A stretch of 64,000 nucleotides of DNA from Mobula hypostoma. Its lineage: Eukaryota. The notes under the pieces are model-generated. The model was given only the letters and a program-made list of their open reading frames with translations, was not told the DNA's origin and made no database searches. How positions within the stretch are numbered: the first letter of the stretch is position 1; every line of letters begins with the position of its first letter. Positions 53,489-64,000 of the stretch are shown here, piece after piece. The stretch lies in NCBI RefSeq assembly GCF_963921235.1, contig NC_086097.1, positions 27,716,001 to 27,780,000 of the forward strand, read 5' to 3'. A program made the translations under genes and the position numbers.

Positions 53489-54893
53489 CTGTAGGTAGGT
53501 GGACTCAACTGCATACAATACTGCAAATTTGGCCTCATCAACATCATATACATCTTCAGCATAACATCCCAACTCCTGTCTCAATACTCCAATTTATAAA
53601 GGCCAAAGTGCCCAAACCTTTCTTTAAGACCCTATCTACCTGTGATGTCATTTCGAGGAATTATGGATCTGTATTCCCATATCCCTTTGTTGTACTACAC
53701 TCCTTAGTACCCTACCGCTCACTGTGTAAGTCTGTAACATAGGAGATCATTTATTCTAAGGAGTCATAGAGTCATTCAAACAGGCCCTTCCGCCCAAGTC
53801 ATCCATGCCAACTGTGTTGCAGCAAGCATTTTACCTCTGTTTTTATCTAGATGGCTTTTAAATGTGCCCTAGCCACTATTTCCAGCAGCTTATTACCAAG
53901 TACACATCACTATTTGCATGAAGAAGCTGCCTCTGACAGCGTAGGAAGATGAGAGATGACTTGTTAGAGGTGTATAAAGATGATAAGCGCAGATCAAGTG
54001 GACAGGCAGAGACTTTATTCCACGGTGGAACTGGCTGATATGAGACAATCTTAAAGTGATAGGAGGGAAGTATAAAGGGATGTCAGAGGTAATTTTTTTT
54101 ACACACAGGGAATGGTGGGTACGTGGAACACAATATCAGGGGTGGTAGTAGAGGTAGTAGACTGATCTTGAAATAAATTAAAAATTTGGCACAACAATGT
54201 GGGCCAAAGGCCCTGTACTGTGCTATATAGTTCTATGTTCTGTATTAAATGAATAAAACACATCCTTCATGTCTGTACAGAGATGTTAAATGACTATTAT
54301 TTCCTGCCCAGACAAATGATTCAATGAACCTTTTTCTACATATCAACATCTAGAAAGTACCATATTCTAAACCTTAGCACAGAATTAACTACTTTGAATG
54401 TATTTACACAAACTCAGCTGTTTGTGCAGTAATACTAACTTACAATTTTATATTTCACAATATCACCAATGATACTGAACACGTTTTTGCTGACTGTTCC
54501 ACAAAGTTGCAATTGAAATAACAAAGGAAACGTCCATGCTAGACTCCTCCGGTGTCACACCAATTAGAGAATGCATCTCAGCAAAGCAGCAACTGCTTTT
54601 CGGGCAACAAGTGGGTGCATCGAGTTAATTCAGACTGGGTTCAGCATCCTCTCCTTAACCCGGGCACCTCGCTGCAGTTTGCTTCTCTCTCTGTTTAGTG
54701 TGGAGGATTGCTTAGCAATATACAAGTCAAGCTAAGTAGTTAGAGGAACTTTGAAATGATTATATTAACTATCTATAGTCTTGATCGCATTCTGTCAAAA
54801 CTACCCATTACAAGAGACAAACAATAGCTCTTATTTTCAATTGACATCAAAACAGAAAGGAGTTTGAGATTAATTTAAGAAAAATGTCCGCAC

Positions 54894-55062
54894 CTTTTGT
54901 AGCATAGGATTCGGCAATGATTCTGAGTCTGTAAACAGGCACTGCTACCAGCTGCATCTTGTCCAGAATTATCTTGTCATATAGGGCAAGAGCTCGTGTG
55001 TGGTCACCTTCAACGTAACAACACTTGGCCAAAAGCATGTTGGCTTCCTGCATAAATTCTTG
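54894..55062 (-). CDS. TTC7B: TTC7B coding exon (equivalent to human exon 3)
   Basis: Translates QEFMQEANMLLAKCCYVEGDHTRALALYDKIILDKMQLVAVPVYRLRIIAESYATK(G), matching TTC7B ..AKLNYVEGD..YRLRVIAEAYATKG. Acceptor ctctattctgttctcAG, donor AAG|GTGCGG; 169 bp, in frame with the upstream exon across a 1604-bp intron. Confidence 0.95.
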
Positions 55063-55114
55063 CTGAGAACAGAATAGAGTACAAATAGGATGAGTAAACA
55101 GCTCCTGACCTGAG

Positions 55115-55559
55115 ACACAAGAGACTTCAGATGTTGGAATCTGGAGCAATGCACAAAGTACTGGAGGAACCCTGCAGGTCAGGCAGCACCTACGGAAGGA
55201 AATGGACTGTCAACGTTTCGGGTTGAGACCTTTCACGTCCCCATTTTACTGTTCCACTGTCTCTGAATGGACAATGAACACTACGTCACTTTTTGCCCTC
55301 TGTTTGACTACTTATTGAATTTTTAAAAATATACAACTTGTAACTTTTTATGCATTACAATGTCCTGCTGCTGCAAAACAACAAATTTGACGACATATGT
55401 CAATGATAATAAACTTGATTCTGATGCCTACTCTGAAGAAATTCTCCTTTTTTCTTCATCAGTCCAGATGAAGGGTCTCGACCTGAAACATCAAATGTCC
55501 ATTTCCCTCCGTAGATGCTGTCTGACCCTATGAGTTCCTCCAGCACTTTGAGTGTAACA
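55115..55559. mobile_element. Palindromic mini Penelope-like insertion carrying a Rex/Babar tail in its centre
   Basis: Inverted PLE terminal repeats (55115-55235 and about 55455-55555); CCTGACCTGAG duplicated at 55104-55114 and 55560-55570. Confidence 0.8.
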
Positions 55560-56666
55560 CCTGACCTGAGTGCTACACAGACTGAACTCATACTGCGTTA
55601 CTCTTACACGAGCTGGAATAGTCCTATATATTCTGTATATCCTTAACCACAAATGACAAGGTCATGGTGATCCACAACCCTGAACCATTGCAGTGCAAGT
55701 AGCAAAGGCATTTCCACAGCGCTGTTGGATGGGAAGTTATAAGATTTAGTTTTAGCAACATTACAGGAATAACAACAGTCAGGACAGTGGGCAATTTAAA
55801 GAGGAATTCCCAGAACGTTCAGGCAGTGGCTAACCACCAACTTCTCATAGGTGATCAGATAAACGGCTCCTCTCTCATTATTTGGCCATTCCAGCAATTG
55901 TGCCTTGATCTTTAATGCTTTCCTCTTACCACTTTCCCTGGGTTTTCTCTGGAGCTAGACACAGTAGTGTAATGCTATTACAGTGCAGCAGAACAAGGTT
56001 AAGTTCCCGCCACAATCTGTAAGGAGCTTGTGCATTCTCTCCATGACCGCATGGGGTTGGGCTATGTTGATTGGTAACACAAACGACACACTTCACTGTT
56101 TAGTTCAGTGCACATATGACAAGCAAAGTTAATCTTCAATCTGTTCTTTAAAGCTTACCTCTGAACCACTTCCCCAGGGTTTTCTCTGGAAATGTAACCT
56201 GGTATATTTCATTCCCTTCCCCGACCACCTCACAATATCACACAGTATGCACTGTTATTGTACAGCACCACAGAACAACACCCTGTATTGTGGCAAGCTG
56301 ACCACTGCCCCAAGACAACATCATACAAATGGTACTTTGTACAGAGTAACTGCTCATTACCCAACACTCGGTGAAAGAAAAATCAACACTTCCAGAAATT
56401 GTGCATGTTTTAAAATTAATGTATAATGTTCTATGTGTTATTTATTTAATTGGGTTATCCTTATCTAGCTTTAGGACTTAATGAAGACGCGATCACATCT
56501 TAGGTCATATTTATGCAGAAATAGAGAAAATTCTACAGGGTTCACAAACTTTCTTGCACCACTGTGACTGTAGGAGGGAGATCAAACTGATAGGAGTGAA
56601 ATCAGAATGTTGTACTGATAGAGGTACAAAGCTTGCAACGTGTCCATGACCTGAAGATGTATTTAC

Positions 56667-56821
56667 CTTCAAGTTGCCTCTGTCCAGTGCTGCAATAAGG
56701 TGTTTCTTCACTTCAATCAGCTTTGACTTGGCTTCCGGAGGACTGGCCTCTGGCTTGATTGGGTTATCTTTCACGTACTGCTCCAGCTTGGATTCTCCCA
56801 GTAACAGCTCTGCCAGATCAT
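56667..56821 (-). CDS. TTC7B: TTC7B coding exon (equivalent to human exon 2), tetratricopeptide repeat protein 7B, scaffold of the PI4KA complex
   Basis: Translates (D)DLAELLLGESKLEQYVKDNPIKPEASPPEAKSKLIEVKKHLIAALDRGNLK, matching the TTC7B N-terminus as I recall it (DDMAELLLGESKLEQY...KHLTAALDRGNLK) far better than TTC7A. Acceptor tctttcacAG, donor AAG|GTAAAT; 155 bp, phase 1 to 0. Confidence 0.95.
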
Positions 56822-56909
56822 CTGTGAAAGAGACGGCAATGAGTCTTAAAGAAAGAATAACACAAACGTGCATCCTGATGAATACCTTTTGAGGCACTGC
56901 AGATGCCAT

Positions 56910-57210
56910 GGTACAGGTAGCGTAGCAGTTAGTGTAACTCTAGTACAGTGCCAGCTGTAAGATATGGGTTCAATTCCCGCTACTGTCTCAAAGAAGCTTG
57001 TACATTCTCCCCTAACCATGTGCGCTTCCTCCAGATGCTCCAGATTCCTCCCACATTCCAAAAACATATGGATTAGTAAGGGTTAATAAACTGTGGACAA
57101 GCTATGTTGGCGCCAGAAGTATGGTAATCCCCGGCACAATCCTCACCGATTTAGTTTGATAAGAAACAGCGCAGTCAGCTGTATGTTTCAATGCACATGT
57201 CACGAAGTTA
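56910..57210 (+). mobile_element. V-SINE (HE1-like)
   Basis: tRNA head and V-domain. Other copies at about 4440-4625 (-), 13475-13717 (+), 19820-20140 (-), 25405-25660 (+), 26402-26620 (+), 28235-28540 (-), 34090-34375 (-), 41195-41495 (-), 55955-56140 (+) and 58670-58895 (-). Confidence 0.8.
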
Positions 57211-59058
57211 ATATACTATCATCTAATCTAATCTGAGGGAGCATGTCTTCTGACTTATTCTGTCAGGTTGAAGTGGATTCATTTGAATTTTAAAATATGC
57301 AAAGTTTAAAATAAATTTATCATCAAAGTACATATATGTACATCATGATATACTACCGAGATACATTTTCTTGCAGGCATTCACAATGCAGCAATTAAAT
57401 ACAGCAGAATCAATAAAAATCTACACAAACTACCTCTTGAATTTTGGTCCTCATTGATGTGAATGCAGCTGCCGGGTTGAGGATGAATACAGCACAGAAG
57501 AAACAAGAGGTCACCAACAACACATGTCAACAGACACTCAGTTAAAAGTACTTGTGCCTCTGAGTCAGAAGGTCACAGTTTCAACCCCAATTCTATACTG
57601 TGATATTTCATTGTAGTAGTGTTCTATTATATTGATATTGGTTTATTATTGTCACATATACCAAGATACAGTTTAAAAAACTTGTCTTGCATACTGTTCA
57701 TTACATAGTGTACTGCGCTAGAATAAACTAAAAACACAACTATGATAATAATAGCTTATTTATAGAGGATGTTTCATACTAACGATGCAGTTCAAAGTGC
57801 TTTGCAATGGAATAAAGAACAAACATGAAAATAAAAGACAAAAATAAGTTAGTTATAAACAAAGGTTAAATAAATTGGATTTGAGCTACTGTTTAAAAAT
57901 GCCAACAAAGTCTTCATCCTTTATAGGTTTAGGTATTGAATTCCACAGTTTAGGAGTTTAATTTAAAAAAGTTGACCTGCCAATTATCCTTTGAGGGATA
58001 TTGTCTAAACTTAAGAAACTAAAACATTAATAATGCAGAACGAAGTGTGAAAGCTACTGAAAAGCATTACTACGCTGCAAACTGCTTTTTCCAAAAGTAC
58101 CCTTCTGGAAAGAGCTATAGGGCTATTAAAACAAAAACTTTACGACATCTTATCAGTTTCTTCTCCCAGGCAGATCCCTGAACATTTTATATACATTTTA
58201 TTCCATATCCACACTTTAACCTCTAAATTTATTTTCATATAATTCTTTGTTCTTTATCATTGTTGTTGTTTTCGTTTCATGTCACGTCATGACCCAACAC
58301 ACTACAGTAAATTCCTAATACTTGTAAAGGTACACAGTGAATAAAATTGATCCTAAAAAGAGCACAGTTCAGATAAACGATTAAGTGCAAGATGTGGTAG
58401 ACTGAGAGAGAGGCCAAACATATCAAACCAAGAGGTCTGTTCAAGAGTCTGCTAACAGTGGGGTGGAAGCTGAGTTTGTGTCTCGTAACAGCTGTCAAAA
58501 TATCCTCAACAGTACCCTCACCATGATACATTTCTGGCCCAATGTATAAAATCAGTCATGTATCTCATTGCTCCTTGTGGGAACTTCCTGTACACACACC
58601 AGAGATTATTGCAGACAAGTTCAACTTTAGAAAGTATTCATGGCTGTACTGATTTATGAAATAGCCTTTTAGATTCAGATTCAGGGATACAGCACTGTAA
58701 CACCTTCTAGATCAACGAGTCCATACCATCCAATTACACTGTGACCAATTAACCCATTCACTGGAATATGGATGGAAACGGAAACCCACTCGGGCACTGG
58801 GAGAACATACAAACTCCTTACGGACAGCGGCAGGAATTGAATCTGGGTTGCTGGTGTTGTAAAGCATCGGGCTAACGACAATACTACCAAGCCACCCTTA
58901 AGAGCTTTAAGTAATCTAACTTAACTTTTCTCTCTCCATAGGAAGGAGCAAAAAGATGTTTTCCACAAAATGTTTTTTATCGTTGATATATATGATAAAA
59001 GGAGATTTTCAATCATTGTACCTGTACCAAGCAAATCAATACATGCAATTATAATATA

Positions 59059-60731
59059 CAGTAGATTCTGGTTAATTTGGACACATCGAGACCAATAACG
59101 TTTTGGCCCAGTTAAGCGGTTGTCCCAATTAGCCGAAGTTTCATGAAAATTGTTAAAAAGGGATTAAAAAAGACAAAATACCATTTAACTGAGGAAAAAA
59201 ATATGTATTTAATTGAAATACAGAACAAATTAGAACTGCCAATACTACTACAGTATTATAAAACTATGTCCTGGTTCGCAATAGTTATCGACAGAGGAAT
59301 TCATCCAGGGTGCACAACTGTGTACTTTTGATTGACTATAAATGAACAAAACCAGCACAGACACCTAGGGCAATTTTTTCTGCTAATGTCAAATCTTTTC
59401 ATGGCATCTTGGCAAGACTATGAAATTTTTCAAAGTCAAAAATCTCTGCCTTTTGAATCCGTGCCTGTCAGCCCAAATGGATAACACAACACAAGCATAC
59501 ACAACTAATGCTATTTATAAACTGTTCACTCTAAGCACAGTGTAGTCTCTAACAGCGACACAACTGCACACATCTGACACTAGTTAAAAACTGCTCAGCA
59601 AAAGTCTCCTGCCCCAATTAAGTGGCATACTGCTCGAAATAAACTTTATTACTTTGTCACCAAACTATTGATACTAAAGCGTACAATCATCACAGCGATA
59701 TTTGACTCTGCGCTTCCTGCTCCCTGGATTACAAATCAATGGTAAATATAAAAATTTTAATTATAAATCATAAATAAAAAATAGAAAAGGGTAAGTAAGG
59801 TAGTGCAAAAAAACCGAGAGGCAGGTCCGGATATTTGGAGGGTACGGCCCATATCCGGGTCAGGATCCGTTCAGCAGTCTTATCACAGTTGGAAAGAAGC
59901 TGTTCCCAAATCTGGCCGTACGAGTCTTCAAACTCCTGAGTCTTCTCCCGGAGGGAAGAGGGACGAAAACTGTGTTGGCTGGGTGGGTCGTGTCCTTGAT
60001 TATCCTGGCAGCACTGCTCCAACAGTGTGCGGTGTAAAGTGAGTCCAAGGACAGAAGATTGGTTTGTGTGATGTGCTGGGCTGTGTTCACGATCTTCTGC
60101 AGCTTCTTCCGGTCTTGGACAGGACAACTTCCATACCAGGTTGTGATGCACCCTAGAAGAATGCTTTCTACGGTGCATCTATAAAAATTAGTGAGGGTTT
60201 TAGGGGACAGGCCAAATTTGTTTAGCTTTCTCAGGAAGTAAAGGCGCTGGTGGGCCTTCTTGGCAGTGGACTCTGTTTGGTTGGACCAAGTCAGGTCATT
60301 TGTGAGATTGACCCCCAGGAACTTAAAGCTTCTGACCTGTTCCACCTGCACACCACCGATTATAGATGGGGTTGTGCAGTCCGCTACTCCTTCTGGAGTC
60401 AACAACCAATTCCTTTGTCTTACTGATATTGAGGGATAGGTTATTGTCTTTGCACCATGTCACCAGGTTCTTAATTTCCTCTCTGTACTCAAATTCATCA
60501 TTACCCGAGATACGGCCTACAATTGTGGTGTCATCAGCAAACTTATATATTGAGTTCGATGGAAACTTGGCTATACAATCATAGGTGTACAGTGAGTACA
60601 GCAGGGGGCTGAGTACACAGCCTTGTGGGGCACAAAGGGATAAAGGGAATCCCAGCTATTTTCTCGATTATCTTTTGTTTTTTAAGAGTTGCCCCAAATA
60701 AGTATCTGTCCCAATTAACTGGAAACCATTG
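59059..60731. mobile_element. Tigger/pogo-like MITE split by a Rex/Babar LINE
   Basis: TA|CAGTAGATTCTGGTTAATTTGGAC at the left end and GTCCCAATTAACTGGAAACCATTG at the right end; a related fragment lies at about 19190-19310. Confidence 0.65.
59643..60632 (-). mobile_element. Rex1/Babar-like LINE 3' fragment nested in a Tigger-like MITE
   Basis: ORF 59860-60405 FKFLGVNLTNDLTW..ESILLGCITTWYG..NSFFPTVIRLLN; KFADDT upstream. Confidence 0.88.
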
Positions 60732-62176
60732 CATCTCTTTCCAGACCTTCTTGGCAAACACACTAGGACCATCACATGCCCTATCGCAGCAAGCTTGAGG
60801 GGAGTGTGACACTGTGCATAAAGCATCTGCCAGGGGTCTTCTCACCACCAGACATGCAAGAGCAAACCAGGGTTTTTCCATGAAGATTGGTTGAGACTAG
60901 AGCTAGAGGTCATAGGTTAAGGGTGAAAGGTGAAATATTTAAGGGGAATCTGAGGAGGAGCTTCTACACTTAAAGGAGAGAACGTGGAATGAGCTGCCCA
61001 GCAGAACTGGTGGATGCGGGCTAGAATGCAATATTTAGGAGAAGTTTGGATTAGTACTTGGATGGGAGGAGTATGGAGAGCTAAGGTCCAGATGTCGGTC
61101 GATTGATCTAGATAGAATAATAATTAGGCATGAACTAGATTGGCCGAGGGGCCTATTTGTCTGACTGTACAAGAGGAAGGAGATGAGTCGTCCTGCTAAA
61201 TGATTTTGAAGACTGCTCAGGAAACTATTGCACTGAATCTCCCTGTGCAGGGCCTTAAGATGTTCCTTGTCATTGAGTCATAGAAAAGGACAGCACAGAA
61301 ACAAGCCCTTCAGCTCATCTTGTCCATGGCAAGTCATTTAAACTGCCTACTCACATCGACCTGCACCTGGACCATAGCCCTATCATCTATGTACCTATCC
61401 AAACTTCTCTTAAATGTTGAAGTCGAGCTCACATGCACCATTTGCACTGGCAGCTCGCTCCAGACTGTCGCGATCCTCTGACGATCCCCCACCCCCATGT
61501 TTCCCTTAGACTTTTCACTTTTCACTCTTGACCCATGGCTTCTAGTCGTAGTCCCACCCAACCTCACCAGGAAAAAGCTTGCTTGCACTTACCCTATCCA
61601 TACCTCTCGTAATTTTGTATATCTCTATCAAATCTCCTGTTCCAAGGAATAAAGTCCTTTCTTGTAACTCAGGTCCTCCAAACCCGTCATCATCGTTGTA
61701 ACTTTTCTCTGTACTTTTAAACCTTATTTACATTTTTCCTGTAAGTCTGTGACCAAAACTGCACACAATACTCCAAATTAAACCTCACTAACGTCTCATA
61801 CAACTTCAACATAACATTCCACCTTCTGTACTCATTACTATGATTTATGAAGGTCAATGTGCCAAAAGCTTTCTTTACAGCCCTATCAACCTGTGGTGCC
61901 ACTTTCAATGGATTATAGACTAGTATTCCCAGATCCCTTTGTTCTACGGCACTCCTCAATGCCCTATTGTTCAGTGTGTAAGACCTACCCTGGCTAGTCT
62001 TACCAAAATGCAATACCTCACACCTGTCTGCATTAAATTCTATCTGCTATTCAGTCCACTTTTCCAGCTGGTTCAAATCCTGCTGAAAGTCATGATAGAT
62101 TTCCTCACTGTCCACTACACCCCCAATCTTAAGCGTCATCTGTCAATTTGCTGACCAAGTTAGCCAGATTGATATA

Positions 62177-63777
62177 CAAACCCCATTTCTAGAAAAGTTG
62201 GGATATTTTCCAAAATGCAATAAAAACAAAAATCTGTGATGTGTTAATTCACGTGAACCTTTATTTAACTGACAAAAGTACAAAGAAAAGATTTTCAATA
62301 GCTTTACTGACCAACTTAATTGTATTTTGTAAATATACACAAATTTAGAATTTGATGGCTGCAACACACTCAACAAAAGTTGGGACAGAGTTAAAATAAG
62401 ATTGAAAAGTGCACAGAATATTCAAGTAGCACCGGTTTGGAAGACTCCACATTAAGCAGGCTAATTGGTAGCAGGTGAGGTATCATGACTGGGTATAAAA
62501 GTAGCGTCCATCAAAGGCTCAGTCTTTGCAAGCAAGGATGGGTCGTGGCTCACCCTTTTGTGCCAAAATTCGTGAGAGAATTGTTAGTTCAAAAGAAACA
62601 TTTCTCAATGCAAGATTGCAGAGAATTTAGGTCTTTCAACATCTACAGTACATTATATTGTGAAAAGATTCAGAGAATTCAGAGACATCTCAGTGCGTAA
62701 AGGGCAAGGTCGGAAACCACTGTTGAATGCGCGTGATCTTCGAGCCCTCAGGCGGCACTGCCTAAGAAATCGTCATGCTGCTGTGACAATTATATCCACC
62801 TGGGCTCGGGAGTACTTCGTAAAACCATTGTCACTCAACACAGTCCGTCGCTGCATCCAGAAATGCAACTTGAAACTGTATTACGCAAGGAGGAAGCCAT
62901 ACATCAACTCTATGCAGAAACGCCGGTGAGTTCTCTGGGCCTGAGCTCATCTCAGATGGACCGAAAGACTGTGGAACAGTGTGCTGTGGTCAGATGAGTC
63001 CACATTTCAGCTAGTTTTCGGAAAAACCAGACGTCGAGTTCTCCGTGCCAAAGATGAAAACGACCATCCAGATTGTTATCAGCAAAAGGTGCAAAAGCCA
63101 GCATCTGTGATGGTATGGGGGTGCATCAGTGCCCACGGCATGGGTGAGTTGCATGTAGGTGAAGGTACAATTGACTCTGAGACATATATTAGGATTTTAG
63201 AGAGACATATGTTGCCATTAAGGCGACGTCTCTTCCCGGGACGTCCATGCTTATTTCAGCAGGACAATGCCAGACCACGTTCTGCATGGGCTATAACAGC
63301 GTGGCTTTGTAGACACAGAGTGCCTGTGCTTGACTGGCCTGCTGCAAGTCCAGATCTATCTCCTATTGAAAATGTATGGCGCATCATGAAGAGGAGAATC
63401 AGACAACGGAGACCACAGACTGTTGAGCAGCTGGAGTCTTATATCAAGCAAGAATGGACAAAATTTCCAATTGCAAATCTACTACAATTAGTATCCTCAG
63501 TTCCAAAATGATTTAAAAAGTGTTATTAAAAGGAAAGGTGATGTAACACAATGGTAAACATGCCTCTGTCCCAACTTTTGTTGAGTGTGTTGTAGCCATC
63601 AATTTCTAAATTTGTGTATGTTTACAAAATACAATTAAGTTGGTCAGTTAAACTATTGAAAACCTTTTCTTTGTACTTTTGTCAGTTAAATAAAGGTTCA
63701 TGTGAATTAGCATATCACAGATTTTTGTTTTTATTGCATTTTGGAAAATATCCCAACTTTTCTGGAAATGGGGTTTG
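62177..63777 (+). mobile_element. Full-length Tc1-family DNA transposon (DD34E, IR/DR-type long TIRs)
   Basis: About 210-bp TIRs (CAAACCCCATTTC.AGAAAAGTTGGGA... / ...TCCCAACTTTTCTGGAAATGGGGTTTG), TA on both sides (62175-62176, 63778-63779), AAAAGTTGGGA repeated at both ends of each TIR. The flanks rejoin to a continuous CR1 RT sequence. Confidence 0.95.
62538..63557 (+). pseudogene. Disrupted Tc1 transposase
   Basis: MGRGSP start, GRKP linker, WSDES / FQQDNA / SPDLSPIENVW catalytic motifs with 34 residues between D2 and E. Frameshifts near 62588 and 63512; in-frame TGA at 62927, 62942 and 63509. Confidence 0.92.
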
Positions 63778-64000
63778 TAGATGACAAACAACAATGGACC
63801 CAGCACTGATCCCTGTGGCACAATCACAATCTCAGAGGCCAACCATCTGCTGCCGCTCGGACTTGCCCTACAAAGCCAAGGTCTTATCCAATTTTCTACC
63901 TCATCTTGAGTGCTGAGCGGCTATACCTGCTTGACGTATCTCCCATGTAGGATCTTGTCAAAGGCCTTGCTGAAATCCATGTAGACAACATCCACTGCCT

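Larger units (their letters stand above)
61275..64000 (-). mobile_element. CR1 LINE interrupted by the Tc1 element
   Basis: PQGSVLGPLLFVIY right of the Tc1 and MHFGK..QRDLGI..LEYCVQFWS left of it. Confidence 0.85.

Noticed and set aside
1..54893. Search for TTC7B exon 4 (LCLEKLP...CYEKAGDIALLYLQE)
   Set aside because: Not found by eye or in the ORF track; probably beyond the left edge, though a short exon could have been missed.
56511..56909. Full 132-aa ORF as a single-exon gene (also the 100-aa ORF at 54847-55149)
   Set aside because: Only the splice-site-bounded cores match TTC7B; the extensions are intronic read-through.

Overview
Vertebrate genomic DNA, very probably from a cartilaginous fish (ray/shark; inferred from V-SINE/HE1-like, Deu-domain SINE, CR1, Rex/Babar and Penelope-like repeats). 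The window lies inside a minus-strand TTC7B gene: two coding exons with canonical splice sites (56667-56821, 155 bp; 54894-55062, 169 bp). I found no further TTC7B exon, so the rest appears to be intron. Most of the sequence is nested, decayed transposable elements: CR1, Rex/Babar, L1, RTE and Penelope-like retroelements, two solo LTRs, a full-length DD34E Tc1 with a dead transposase, and hAT, mariner, Tigger-like and Tc1 MITEs. Almost all ORFs in the track are TE fragments or chance ORFs. Most notable: (i) short palindromic Penelope-derived insertions with 11-15 bp target-site duplications, built around a minimal hammerhead-ribozyme motif; (ii) a 222-bp near-perfect inverted templated insertion; (iii) a frame-symmetric 324-nt exon pair that would form a stop-free circle; (iv) a few non-repetitive candidate regulatory or poison-exon islands. 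Family names come from motif recognition, not database searches, and many repeat boundaries are approximate.
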